This document shows positions 39,301-52,335 of a stretch of DNA of 64,000 bases, in pieces (within the stretch, counting starts at the first letter, position 1; each line of letters opens with the position of its first letter). Source of the stretch: Azolla caroliniana (Eukaryota; Plantae; Polypodiophyta); NCBI GenBank assembly GCA_043228905.1, contig JBHGNT010000007.1, positions 4,960,001-5,024,000 on the forward strand. Direction: 5' to 3'. The translations under genes were made by a program, and so were the position numbers. Under the pieces are notes generated by a model that had not been told where the DNA came from, searched no databases, and saw nothing but the letters and a program-made list of their open reading frames with translations.

Positions 39301-40361
39301 AGGAAGAGTTGAACGCCAACTCAAACGACGAAACTCGGCCAAGTCCTCCACCGAAGGACAATCCAAGCTCTACCGAGCTAATTGGCCCACAAGAGCCTCC
39401 ACGCGATGAAAACACATTCCGGCCAGGTCTGACATCGGACAAAGGCAAAGGTAAGATGCCCGAATACGAAGTCGAGGTCCACCCTGACGATCGTGATTCG
39501 GATGATTCGGCTCACTCACTAGACAGTGAGTTCGGTGTACCCATCATGAGGACACCCGGAGTAAAGAAGGCGCTCACATCGACAAACGAGAAACTCCGCC
39601 GCTCATCACGAGCGAAGACCCAAGTCACTCGTTACGCCTACAACGAGTATATGGCCCATCACTATGCCCTCGCGATGAAGGTAGTGGCTGAACAAGAGCC
39701 CGAGGATCCAGGCTTGAGGGGGAGAACAAAGCCACGAAGACATGAAGAAAGCCGCGCAACGCCGCGCAACGCCGCGCAACGAAGCCGCGCAACGAAGCCG
39801 TGAAGACGCGATGAAGGCCATGCAACGCCGCGAAGAAAGCCGCAAGCCGCACTGATGTCGACGAAGCCGAAGGAAGCTAAACCGAACGTTGGACGCCTCA
39901 CACTTGAGCTTGAGGGGACATGTTGAGATATCAAGCTCAACTAGTTTAATCTAGTTAGTCAACACATGTAACTTAGTAGTTACCTAGATCGAATCTAGTT
40001 AATGTGTTGACCTTAAGCCTTTAAATAGGACCCTGTACTTAAGTGGGATATTCTAGATCCTCCACTCCTTAGTGCATTTAATGTAGGACTTACATATAAG
40101 TACCTATGTTCTACCCACACATGTGCACCTTTGCACATGGGTTGTATATATACCTCATTGTGGGTATTTTTGTATGTTGATGACACTTTTCAATATAGTC
40201 AATCATCCCCCATTTATCTTCATGTTCATAAGTGTAACTTCCTCTCTCTCTCTCTTCCTCTCACACACTCTCACGTGCATATCATACTAATCTTCCGCTA
40301 CTTAACGTAACCATATAATTAGTCTCTAATTAACCCTAGTTAATTACCTAATTACTTAACA
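36394..40361 (+). mobile_element. Copia E7 with two LTRs but lacking RT and RNase H
   Basis: 441-bp LTRs at 36394-36834 and 39921-40361. PBS 36835-36846. TSD GTCAT/GTCGT. gag-PR-INT pieces 37011-39700, then a direct jump to the post-RH GLRGR segment. Confidence 0.93.
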
Positions 40362-41116
40362 GTCGTGAACCGACTCACTACTCCGACTGCGTATCCAATA
40401 TCCGGTCGATTACACACCATTGCGTACATTAAGCTCTCGACCATTGTCGTGAAGAAAACCGTCCCCAGGCGCAAACCGTGTGTTATGTGTGTGAACCAGC
40501 CCTTACACGTGGGCACGTCCCTTGTCGTATGGTAGATAGGTAGGCACAAAGGTTAGATCCTAGGTAGCAATATTCTATAAGGGAAATCGAGGAGTATGTC
40601 TGTCCGAAAGGACAGAGAATTAATGTGATATAAACAGGTGAAACGGCCTCCCTCCTTGAGCTATAAAGGAGAGGGAGACAGGGGGAGAGAGAGGATCGCG
40701 CGCTAAAAGGAACGAAGTGCTGTCGGACTAGGGGGGCTCGTCTTCTCTGTCGCTCTCCATAGGTTTCTTTGGCGTAGGTTCTCAAGAGGTTGATTCTGCT
40801 CCGTGGAACGCCCGTGTGCTTCCGGCAGGATCTCCATCTTGCTCTCCTGTGTGCGTGGGTGATCAGGCGTCGGCATCCACCTCGCCGACCTGGTCAGCTG
40901 TAACCGTTCGAGTCATCTGCATACATTTATATACATACGCTAGTGTTCTCAACTCGTGTCTCTTGTGTTGTTGGGCCGCGTCCCCGTGCACTTCTCTGTC
41001 TATACGTGTGTGAGCGTCTCTCTCTCTCTCTCTCCCTCTTCTCACCTATTCCTCGGTCCAAGACCCCAGTGGTCCCGCCTTGTTCTCCACGCACGCCCGT
41101 AACAACGCGACATATT

Positions 41117-41134
41117 TGGTGAACTCGACGTGAA
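41117..41134 (+). promoter_or_regulatory. PBS complementary to the 3' end of cytosolic tRNA-Trp
   Basis: TGGTGAACTCGACGTGAA is one mismatch from the complement of the plant tRNA-Trp 3' end as I recall it (TTCACGTCGGGTTCA-CCA). It starts after a 4-nt spacer following the LTR. Confidence 0.75.
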
Positions 41135-41155
41135 CAGGCAGCAAAGGAGTAGAAG

Positions 41156-43306
41156 ATGAGGGGGTCGGACCTTGCAGAAGCCATGGCTTCGGCTGTAGAC
41201 CATATAGTGAGTGTGCGTGAAGGCACTGGCACCCTTGATAGGGCTATCAAGGCAGTTGTCGGTACGATCGTCCGGTTTAGTGGAAAGGATGCCACGAGCT
41301 ACTTGGCATCCTACCGGGCTGAGATGGTAATGAGGGACATTTCGGAAGAGAGGCGTCTAGCCGGGTTCCCTTGAGTGGCGATGCCGGGTATCCATACGGA
41401 GGTGCTCGAGGTACGGGTTGAGAGCTGGACCTGGGAGGAGTTCGAAGGTCGGCTCCTCGAAAGATACGGGCTTGAAGATGCGCTTCGACATGGTATGTGC
41501 ACGAGTTGTGCTATTTCGAAGCGGGACTTCATGGAGTGGGTGGAGACCCCCGACAAAGGAAGGAACGCGTCAGTGCTCCTTCGGGAGTTTGAGGAACGCT
41601 TCGCACGCCTCTCGGTGCTTGACCGGACCGTTCTAGACACAAGCTGTGTCCTATTGTTTGTTAAGTCGGTTGACGAGCGGGATCGGGAGCAGGTAGGCCT
41701 CCTATTGGAGACTGATGACGGGCTGACGGGCGACTGGGCCGTGGTGAAAAGGGTCTGTGGCCGTTTCGACAAATGGTGGGAATGGGTTGACAAAGGATCG
41801 ACAGGGGCGGGCTTTGTCGCAGCAAAGAAGCTCGAGCCAACACCACCAACGCGAAGGGAAGAGACCCGAGATTGGCTCGAGACCGGGTCGGCCTCAACCA
41901 GCATGGTCAAGGGCTCGTCCGGGGTAGCAACTCTGGAGGAGCTGGCGCGGATGGTAAAGGATCTCCAGATCGCCCAGGCACGGAGGGATGGTGGCAAACA
42001 GGCCCGTGACCGACGACCTCTGGCGGAAAACAGGTGCATGTGGTGTGACGCGGTTGGGCACATCCGAAAGGACCGCGGGGACTTCGCCGAGGCGATGAGA
42101 AGCAACGTGGTGTACCTGTGGAATGGTCGGGTGCACGCCAGCAAGACCCGAAGGGCCCTAAACCTGAACGTCGGGCGAGGGGGCATGAAAAGGCTGATGG
42201 AGGAGGCGGCGGCTCGTCACGCGGAGACCGTCCACTACTCGGCGTCAGCTGGTATTCGGGTCAGAGGTGGCGAGGCCCCGAAGACGAACAAAGCTGGGTT
42301 CTGGCCGACGATGCTGGAAGGCCTCGACGGCGCGCGGCTGAGGAAAGAAGAGGTGGACCGCGCGGAAAAATGGGTCCGGGAGGTAACTGGGTGGAGTGAC
42401 CCGGTGGAAGAAAAGACGGGCTTCGTCGAAGCCGCTTGTCAAAACTACGAGGCTCTGGTAGAGGACAAGTGGGTAGGGAAAACCGGAGGGGTCGGGCCCT
42501 CAGAGCGATATGAAACTCGATACGGGCTAAGGCGGAATGAGGCCGGTGTACTCGGCGCCCAGGATAATCCGAAGAAGGGCGGGTACCGGTTGGGCACAGA
42601 AATCGAAAGATCCATGGACCTGCGAAAGGTCCTGGAAGAACGAATCCTCGACAACAAGGTGGAACTGTCGCTGAGGGAAGTGCTTGGGATCGCCAAGAAG
42701 GAGTTCCACGACTCCATCGTAGACTTGGTGAAGAGGAAGAGGCTGTCGACGGAGACAGAACCGGAGAAGCCGGTGGAGGTGAGGACGACGCACATAGAGG
42801 ACATGGCGTTGGAAGACGAGTTGGCGGAGAGCCACTATTTGAGGCCGCACTGGGCCAGAGTGACTACGGAGACCCCTGTGAAGATCGGAGATGTTCATGA
42901 ACCAGTGGTGGCGTTGGTGGACCACGGTTCAGAAATCAATTTGATGTCCATGGACTTCTATAAGAAGGGAAAATGGCCGATCAACACCAAGCACGGGTGG
43001 AAAATACGGGCGGCGACGCGTGCCACCGAAGAACTGCATGGAGCCTGCCCGAACGTACGAGTAAAGATCGGCGATGTCGAGATTGACTAGCACTTCTTCG
43101 TGCAGGAGACGTCCTCACATCCGGTTATACTAGGAGAACCATACATCACGGCAGCACGGATGGAGACCAAGGTGCTGGACAACGGCTCGGCCTATGGAAG
43201 GGTCAAGAGCCAGGATGGGCGTCACTCAGTCCAGTTCCTGACGGTGAGGCCGAACCATGAGCGGAACCGCAAGACCCTCGGGGGCGAAAGCCGAGAGGAT
43301 TTTTAG
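41156..43306 (+). pseudogene. G1 ORF1: gag plus aspartic protease
   Basis: CMWCDAVGH knuckle, ALVDHGSEINLM protease and ILGEPY flap motif, all in one frame. Premature stops at 41372 and 43088. Natural-looking end ...EDF* at 43306. Confidence 0.87.
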
Positions 43307-46300
43307 AGAGGGCTATCAAGGCGTGGGGCTGCAATAGTCCGGACACTCCGAGAAAACCCCACAAATGTACGATAGCGGAGAAGACCTGTACTATAAGTAG
43401 GAAACTTTGGTTCTCCGACAATGGAGGGTGTACGATAGTCGACGTTGTTGGACGGAAGAAGAAAAGGGCAGAGGAGTGACTTCGGGCATGTGGTATCCTC
43501 GGCCTCGGAGAGGAAATCAACGGAGCCGTGGAGGCGATCTCTTACCGATGATACCTTGGGGGAGCTGCGAGAGGTAGTCAGAGGAGTCCTTAAAGAGGAC
43601 CGGACGATTCCGGTATGTTCGGAAAGGATGTACGAAGTCATCGCCGACTTCAGTAGAGGGCTCGAGTCGGATCAAACGGCCCGGGTGGACACGAGGTACA
43701 AGACTGTGGACCGGAAGGTGAGGCCAGTCACGGTTCCCTTGCCGGAGGGCAACGAGTTGCGAATAAAGGGGGTTGCATCGGACCCGAGTTTACGAAATCC
43801 GGCCCGCATAGGACACACGTTCACTGACATAACGTTGCGCGAGCTCAAAATCGGTGGGGGTGGCTTCCTACTGTTGGCGGAAGAGGACCGTTTTCGGGGA
43901 ATGCTCGGAAGGCACGGGAAGGCTTTCGCATTCTCACCGGAGGAGATCAGGTGCGTAGACCCGACAGTCGTGGAACCGATGGTGATATTCACGGTACCGC
44001 ATGTGCCGTGGAGTCTCAAACCAATTCCAATACCTAGAGCTCACATCCCGAAGTTGATGGAGCTGTTAAAGCAGAAGGTCGAGATGGGAATCCTCGAACC
44101 GTCGAGTGCCCCATACTCGAATCGGTGGTTTACCGTGCCGAAGAAGGACGGCACGCTACGCTTTATCCAAGACCTGCAGCCAGTCAACAAGGTGACCATT
44201 CAAAACACAGGAATCGGACCGACAATAGACGAGTTTGCGGAGGCCTTCGCCGGAAGGTCGATTTACTCGGTCGGTGATCTCTACTCGGGGTACGATCAGT
44301 TCCAGCTTCCCGTAGAGAGCAGAGACATCACGACAATGCGAACTCCTCTCGCACTAGTACGGATGTGTACCCTGCCACAAGGAGGGATGAACTCGGTGGC
44401 TCACATGGTGAACGCAATGAACAAAGTGCTGAGGGATTGTATCCCAGACATCACCATGCCGTTTTTGGACGACGTCCCGATCAAGGGATGCCCGGTGGAG
44501 GAAAGGGACGAGACGATCTGACCGGACGGATGCCGGAAATTCGTGGCGACGCACATCGACGACTGCGAGAAGGTGCTGCAGAGGTTGGAGGGAGCGAGGC
44601 TCACCTTCTCCGGGGGAAAGTCGGCCTTCGGGCAATCAGAGATCATGGTCGTCGGACACCTATGCGGGCCATACGGCCGGAAACCGTCTCCAGCTAAGGT
44701 AGAAGGCATCGCTGCGATGAAGAACGACTGCAACTCGGTCATGGAGGTTCGGAGGTTCTTGGGAGCGTGCGCGTTGTCGTGAAGAAAACCGTCCCTTGGT
44801 GCAATCCGTGAATAGCGCCCATGAACCGGCCCTTCACGTGCGTGCGCTCTTAATGTATATAATAGAGAATTAGGTACATAGAGATATCCTGGGCAGTTAG
44901 ATTCAGTAGGTAGGAAGTAAATGAGGGAGATGGCTCCCTTCTTGATGCTATAAAGGAGAGGGAGACGCAGGGAGAAGGGGCGCGCATTAAGGAGGACGAA
45001 GTGCTGTCGGACCGGAACCGAACGCTTCTCCTTTGTTCGTTCTCCATCGCACTTCTCTGCAAGTTTTCGGGAGGCTCGCGCTACTTCGAGGAACGCCCGT
45101 GTGCTTCCAGCAGCACCTCCACCCTTTTCCCCTTTTCGTGCGCAGACGAACAAGCATCGGCATCTATTCGCCGGCTTGTTCGGTTGTAACTGCTCGCGTG
45201 CTTTGTTGTGTATTCTATTACTCGTTAATATACAAACACTTGTGTCTCCCTATCTCTGTGTCCCTTCGCGTCGTCTGTGTTGACGGGCCGTGCCCCCTGT
45301 GTTTCTTACTCATACGTGACAGGGCGTCACTCTCTTTCTCTTTCCCCTTCTATCACCTGCTCTTCGGTTCAAGACCCCGGTGGTCCCGCCTCGTTTCTCC
45401 ACGCACGCGCGTAGTAACGCGACAGCGTTCTACCACATATGGATCCCGCATTACGCTCACGTCGCGGAGCCGTTATACGGGTTGCTGAAAAAGGGGCGAA
45501 GATTCGAGTGGAGAGACGAGCATACGGAGTCTGTCCGGAAGATTAAGGAAGCACTTGCCGCGGCTCCGGCGCTCCGAAAGGCTGTCTACGGAAAGAGCAC
45601 TCCAATTTACGTAACGGTAGACACGAGTCCGACCGGGATCGGATGGGTCGTCAACCAGGAGGACGAGGACGGCATGCATTCCCCGATCCGGTTCGGCGCA
45701 AAGGTCCTCAGCGAGCCACAGCGAGGATACGCCCAGGTTAAACGCGAGCTCTGGGGTATCGTTTCGGTGGTAAAGGCCGACAAAGACTACCTGATCGGGG
45801 CAGAGGTAATTATCGAGACGGACTGCCTGCCAATTCTTGGCATGGTTTCCGGATGCGCGACGCCGGACTTGGCAATGCTCAGGTGGATAGTGTACATCAA
45901 GTCCCTGAATCTGGAAATACGACACATTTTTGGGAAAGACAACGCCATGGCCGACATGCTTTCAAGGGTGAGGTTCGAAAACGACGGCGGCATGGTTTCA
46001 GAGGACGAGGAAGTCGGCGTGGACTTCTTCGAGGCGGCTTACGTGACAACCAACGGGGAATGCTCTCCAATGCTTAACGACTTCGACGAGAGCAAGTACG
46101 ATGGGGAGTGGCTGCAGATCGGCGGGTTCCTGAAAACAATGACATCGGACGCGTCATGGACAACGGACGAGGCCAACCGGATTCGGAAGAAAGCCTATCG
46201 ATTCTTTCTCCGGGACGGATACATCTGGAAGCATCCGAAGAAGAGGAACGGCGTCCCGTTCCGAGTGGTGGCGAAGAAGGAGGAACAGGACGATTTGTTG

Positions 46301-47446
46301 GCGGCGTACCACGATAGCCCGTGGGCTGGACACCGTGGAACGTGGGCCACGTTTGAAAAGCTAAAGGGGAAGTACTGGTGGCCGGGACTATACCGGGATG
46401 TGCATCAGTTCGTGACGACTTGCGGAAGCTGTCAGGTGCACTCCATGATCCGACATTGGGACGAGCTTCACCTAACCTACCCTCCGACCGTCCACTTCAA
46501 GTGGATGGTGGATTTGGTGACGATGCCAATGGGGTTAGGACAGATGCGGTATCTGGTGCTGGCTCGGGAAGATCTAACGAACCAGGTTGAAGGCTGAGCC
46601 CTGCAGAACAAGACGACGGCAGCCGTGTGCCGGTTTTTGATTGAGGACGTAGTATGCCGATACGGGTGCATAGGGAAGATCGTGGCTGACCGTGGTGAGT
46701 TGGACGCAGAAGAGGCCGAAGAACTGTTCGACCGGCTAGGAGTCAAACTTTCGCTCACCACAACGTACAATCCGGAGGCGAATGGGAAGGTGGAGCACGG
46801 GCACGGGCCAATTGTCAAAGCGCTAGTACGGGCATGCGGAGGCTGAGTCGGGGACTGGCCACGACTGCTACCTTATGCCTTGTGGGCGGACCGGACTACG
46901 CACAGTTCGATAACCGGGTTCATGCCGGCCAAGCTGATGTTCGGACAGAAGCCGATCATGCCAACAGAGCAAACGATCTCCTCGTGGGCCACGGTGGACT
47001 GGAGGGACGAGATGAGCCGGAAGGAACTGTTGGCGGCGCGGATTCGACAGCTTGAGCGGAGGCCAGAGGACGTAGAACGGGCCGCAGAGAAACTTCGAGT
47101 AGCGAGGATAAGGAACAAAGCCCGGTTCGACCGAACACACCGGCTCCGGCCAAGGAAGATCGAGGAAGGCGACTGGGTGCTAGTCTACGACAGCAGTCTG
47201 GACAATCAGCACAGGGCCACGCGGAAGTTTGCGAGGAGGTGGTTCGGGCCTTACGTAGTAACAGGCGCCAACACCAATGGGACGTACCATCTCGCGGAGC
47301 TCGACGGTACGAGAATGGCGATACCGGTAGCGGGGAAGAGGATCAAAGCGTTCAAGAAACGGCACGACGGGGAGCCGGAGCTAGGGGGCATGGACAGCGA
47401 CGACGAGCAGCCCGAGGCGGAGGATGAACCGGTAAACGAGGAATAA
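43297..47446 (+). pseudogene. G1 ORF2: RT-RNase H-integrase, interrupted by a solo LTR
   Basis: RT (DLYSGYDQ, FLDD), RH (VDTSPTGIG, ETDCLP), INT (HDSPWAGH...CGSC, ADRGE, ANGKVE, WFGPY). Stops at 44519, 46595 and 46844. Confidence 0.88.
44775..45424 (+). mobile_element. Solo LTR (650 bp) of a G1-related subfamily inserted in G1 pol
   Basis: TGTCGTGAAGAAAACC...GTAACGCGACA. Perfect 4-bp TSD GCGT at 44771-44774 and 45425-45428. Confidence 0.93.
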
Positions 47447-48093
47447 AATCAAGGATCGGTTTTCTCCCGTAGGAACCCAATTTTGGCGCATACCGGTGGA
47501 TGCGTGGTTAGGTGGGGGCGGATGTCGTGAAGAAAACCATCCCCAGGCGCAAACCGTGTGTTATGTGTGTGAACCAGCCCTTACACGTGGGCACGTCCCT
47601 TGTCGTATGGTAGATAGGTAGGCACAAAGGTTAGATCCTAGGTAGCAATATTCTATAAGGGAAATCGAGGAGTATCTCTGTCCGAAAGGACAGAGAATTA
47701 ATGTGATGTAAACAGGTGAAACGGCCTCCCTCCTTGAGCTATAAAGGAGAGGGAGACAGGGGGAGAGAGGGGATCGCGCACTAAAAGGAACGAAGTGCTG
47801 TCGGACTAGGGGGGCTCTTCTTCTCTGTCGTTCTCCATAGGTTTCTTTGGCGCAGGTTCTCAGGAGGCTGATTCTGCTCCGTGGAACGCCCGTGTGCTTC
47901 CGGCAGGATCTCCATCTTGCTCTCCTGTGTGCGTGGGTGATCAAGCGTCGGCATCCACCTCGCCGACCTGGTCGGCTGTAACCGTTCGAGTCATCTGCAT
48001 ACATTTATATACATACGCTAGTGTTCTCAACTCGTGTCTCCTGTGTTGTTGGGCCGCGTCCCCGTGCACTTCTCTGTCTATACGTGTGTGAGC

Positions 48094-48138
<45 letters not shown>

Positions 48139-51100
48139 TTCTCACCTATTCCTCGGTCCAAGACCCCAGTGGTCCCGCCTTGTTCTCCACGCATGCGCGT
48201 AACAACGCGACACCGTAGAGGCATATGGAGACGATATCTCTGTCCTTGGTTTCTGACTGCCGGTTCCTCCGTTTGTTCCTCATCCAAATCCGATTCAGGA
48301 TCTTGTACGGTTCCGGTGTCTTCTTCTTCTTCGGTCGGTTCGGTTTCCTATCCGTCTCTGGCCGGTTCGTCGAGTGTCATCCGGTTACCGGCTAACATCC
48401 GGTTTTCAACCAGGTACATCCTTTCGTTCTCAAGCCGGTTCTCAATGGACGATCCGGAGTTCGTTACCTTCTGCTCCGACTCCCAGTCGGCAATGGTCCT
48501 GTCTTCCATGAAGGCTATGTCTCGACTCCGGAACACCTTTCTGTCAACCAGAACCCACACCCGGTAACCGAACTCATTATCACCGTATCCAAGGAATATG
48601 CATGGTCGGAACTTCGGATCCAGCTTTGCTCTCTTGTCCTTCGCCACATGCACGTATGCGAGACACCCAAACACCTTCAGATGCCGGTAAGACACATCCT
48701 TACCAGTCCACACTTTCTGAGGTGAGTCTCCTCCCAAGGGTACTCAGGGTGATTTGTTTATCACATAGGTTGTTGTCGTCAATGCCTCAGCCCAAAACCT
48801 CTTGGGTAGCTTGGCATGTGCAAGCATGCTCTAGACTTTCTCCATTATGGTCCGATTCATCCTTCCGGCCAACCCGTTTAGTTCCGGCGTCTTCGGCACG
48901 GTGAATTCGAGCCGGATTGCCTTTGACCAGCAGTACTCCTCGAACTGCCCCTGGTATTCTCCTCCATTATCTGCTCGAACCGCTTTCAGCTTCCGACCGG
49001 TTTCTCTTTCCACTCTCGCATGGAGATCCTTGAAGACTAGATAGTACAGCTTGTTGCGAACAATCTTGGAATCAACGATGGCGGCAACCTCGTACTCCGG
49101 CCCATCTTCAAGCTCGATCGGGGGTGGAGGTTAGATAACACGTCCTGGGATGGTGCTCTCGTGGTAGGGTTCAAGGAGAGAACTATGAAACACCGGATGT
49201 ATCCGAAGTTGAGGAGGTAGATCAAGACGAAAAGCAACATCATTAATCTTTCCTATAATACGGAAAGGACCTAATCGCCGATAATCCAACTTCTCACATG
49301 GGCAAGTAGTCTTGATGTGTCGTCGTAGCAGCCACACCCGATCTCCAATATTAAAACTACATGGAAGTCGATGACGATCCGCGTAGACTTTGTGTGTTTG
49401 TTGAGCTTGCTAGAGATGAGTAGATAAACCCGCTTGTATCTTGCGTAACCGCTCCAAACGATCCTCTACGCACGGATTTGTGGACACCTTTGGAGTTTCA
49501 AGTACACTCCACCGGGGGTGACATCCCGTATAAGCATAAAATGGTGTAACTTTAGTGGATGCGTGGATAGAATTGTTATAGGAAAATTCGGTGAAGTGGA
49601 GAATATCTGCCCAGTCATCCTGATGATAGGTGAGAAAGCACCGCAGATACTGCTCCAGCGTTTGATTTGTTCGTTCAGCTTGGCCGTCGGTTTGTGGGTG
49701 GTAGCCGAAGGAGAGGTTACAAGTGACCTTGAGCATGTTAAAAAGGTGCTTCTAGAATTTTGACACAAACTGGGGTCCACGGTCACTGATGATACTATCG
49801 GGAAGTCCATGATGCCGATATACTTCACGCATGACAATTTCAGGAGTGTCTTTACTGGAGATCTCCTTAGTACAGGGCAAGAAATGAGCCATCTTCGTAT
49901 ATCGATCGACCACCGTTAGAATCGCATTGAACCCCTTAGAGACTGGAAGATCTGTGATAAAGTCTAGAGCAATGGATTGCCATGACTTGCTTGGAATTGG
50001 TAATGGTTCTAATAAACCATATGGATGATGCCTTGGCATTTTCGCTCTGCAACATGTATCACAAGTCCGAACAAAATCCTCGACAAATTGTCACATACAG
50101 GGCCACCAGAATGATCGTTGTACTAAATGTAATGTTTTAGTACTACCAAAATGCCCAGCTGTATATGTGTCATGACAGTTTTGTACTACTCGAAGGCGGC
50201 AAGAACCATTAGGAACATACAAAAGTTCTTTAAAGAAGAGTAATCCATCATGATATTTGAATTTCCGATAGTCCGTACCTGGTGGTTGCGACTGTGAGCA
50301 CGACGCTCGAGAGAGATCAATTTGTGCTAGTATAGCTTGGGCGAAGGCATCTGTCTTCAAGTCTTCACGTATGGTATCAATAACGCGGGAATCCATAGGC
50401 ATGTCAAAGATCTGTGTTGCTTGTAGTCGTGCCGGTCCCAAGATGACTTGTTTTTGGTTATCGAAAGCTGGCTCACCGGGACGGGGTGCTAGATACGAAC
50501 GCCGTGATAATGCATCTGCCTTCCCTTGGTGCCTCCCTAGACGATATGTAATTTTGAAGTTGAAACGCGTGAGGAAGTGGGTCCACCGAGCTTGACGTCG
50601 ATTCAACACACGAGCATCCTGAAAGTAGGCAAGATTCTTGTGGTCTTTGAGTAATCTTGTATGAACTTCCGGTAAAAATTGGCAAAGCCTAGGAAGCATT
50701 GCACATCCCGCACCAAACGCGGAGTCTGCCATTCTACCACCGTTTTGACCTTAGTTTGGTCCATGGAGATGACTTCTAACAAAATGATGTAGCCGAGAAA
50801 TTCCACTTGGTTGCACCCGAAACTACATTTTTCCAGCTTTGCATACAGACCATGTTCTCGAAGTCATTTTAGTACTAATAGTACATGAGAATCATATTCT
50901 TCTTGGGTCTTTGAATAGACCAGTAGATCATCCAAATAGATGATCAAATAATCATCCAATAGATCTCGGAATATATCATTAGCCATGTGCTAGAAGACTG
51001 CCGGCACATTAGTGAGACCGAACGGCATGACCGTATACTCGAAGTGCCCATATCTGGTGCGAAACGCGGTCTTGCATTCGTCTCCTGGTCGGATCCGTAC

Positions 51101-52335
51101 GAGGTTATATGCTCCCCGTAAGTCGATCTTCGTGAAGAACCTGGCACCATTGATCCGTTCTAAAAGACTTGAGATAAGGGGAAGAGCATACCTATTCCTG
51201 ATTGTAACCTTATTCAGGCCACGATAATCTACAACGAGACGAAGCGATCCATCCTTTTTCTTGACGAAGAAAATGGGCGCGCCGGCTGGAGATTTCGAAT
51301 GCCCAATGAAACCATTTTCCAAATTCTCCTCTATATAGGCCCAAAGGACTTCCAGCTCGGTTGCTGACAAATTGTAGATCGGTCCCCATGGCGGCTCTTT
51401 TCCCGGTTGTAAATCGATGGGGCAATCGTATAGTCGATGATGAGGAAGTGTGTTGGCTTGTACTTTATCGAACACATCGGCGTAATTACTGATATTGCAA
51501 AGAGGAACATTTCCTCCTTGCGCCCTTCTTTACGCAACTGACGTAACGAGATGGTTACCATCTTCTGAGTTGACCCTTGGGTTTGTTGACACCGGATTTC
51601 TCTTGTTCTCCAATCTATGTCTGGGTTATGTAACTCGAACCACGGTATTCCTAAAACTATTGGAAGTTCTGGGATACTAATAATATTAAATGATACTACA
51701 CATGCTAAGTTATCTAGGACAATATTAATGGGCTCTGACTCTTGTATGATATTTCCGGAAGCAATGGGACGTCCATCAATGACTACTACAGAGGCTGGAC
51801 ACTGGAGCTTTCTTAGGGATATCTTATGAGCTTGAGCAAATTTCTTATCCATAAAGCAAGAGTTAGCTCCGGAATCTAGGAGTGCTAGGACATGTACTGG
51901 AGGGGTACTTTTAGTACTAACTATTACTTGGGCTACGATGACATCACTAACTTGCTTAGAGGGTGTCAGGAACAATACTAAGACAGAGAAGGAATTAGTA
52001 CTAAAAGAAGTATTAGTACTAAGAGAGGTGAAGAACTCTCGAGAGAAGGAAAGAGTGAGTGAGAGAGAGGGAGACAGAGATCGAGAGAGAGAGAGAGAGA
52101 GATCATAAGAAAAGATATTCATTATGTGAAGAAAATGTACAATAGCTAGGAGGCTTAAGACTGGCGTTGAACCGATTTGGTTTGAAATAATGCGTTGTGC
52201 CTCCTTTTATAGTGTTCTAAGGAATACTCCTGAAGTTTCTAGAATGTTCCAGAGAAATCGGTATTACAATGTATAGTCTAATGGTCAAGAGCTCGACCCA
52301 TGTAGCATAAGGTCATGGGTTCGAGTCTTGCCATA

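Larger units (their letters stand above)
40445..48212 (+). mobile_element. Full-length non-chromovirus Ty3/Gypsy element G1 (possibly Phygy/Selgy-like)
   Basis: LTRs at 40445-41112 and 47523-48212, differing mainly in (CT)n length. TSD CCAT/CCGT. PBS 41117-41134. Domain order gag-PR-RT-RH-INT with no chromodomain. Confidence 0.94.
25500..49037 (-). mobile_element. Old Tnt1/Tork-like Copia host E6, split by a LINE, a Copia and a Gypsy
   Basis: 3' LTR split into about 25500-25810 and 35587-35832. PPT from 35833. RH/RT at 35845-36393 and 40362-40444. INT at 48230-49037. Pieces join in register across the TSDs. Confidence 0.82.
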
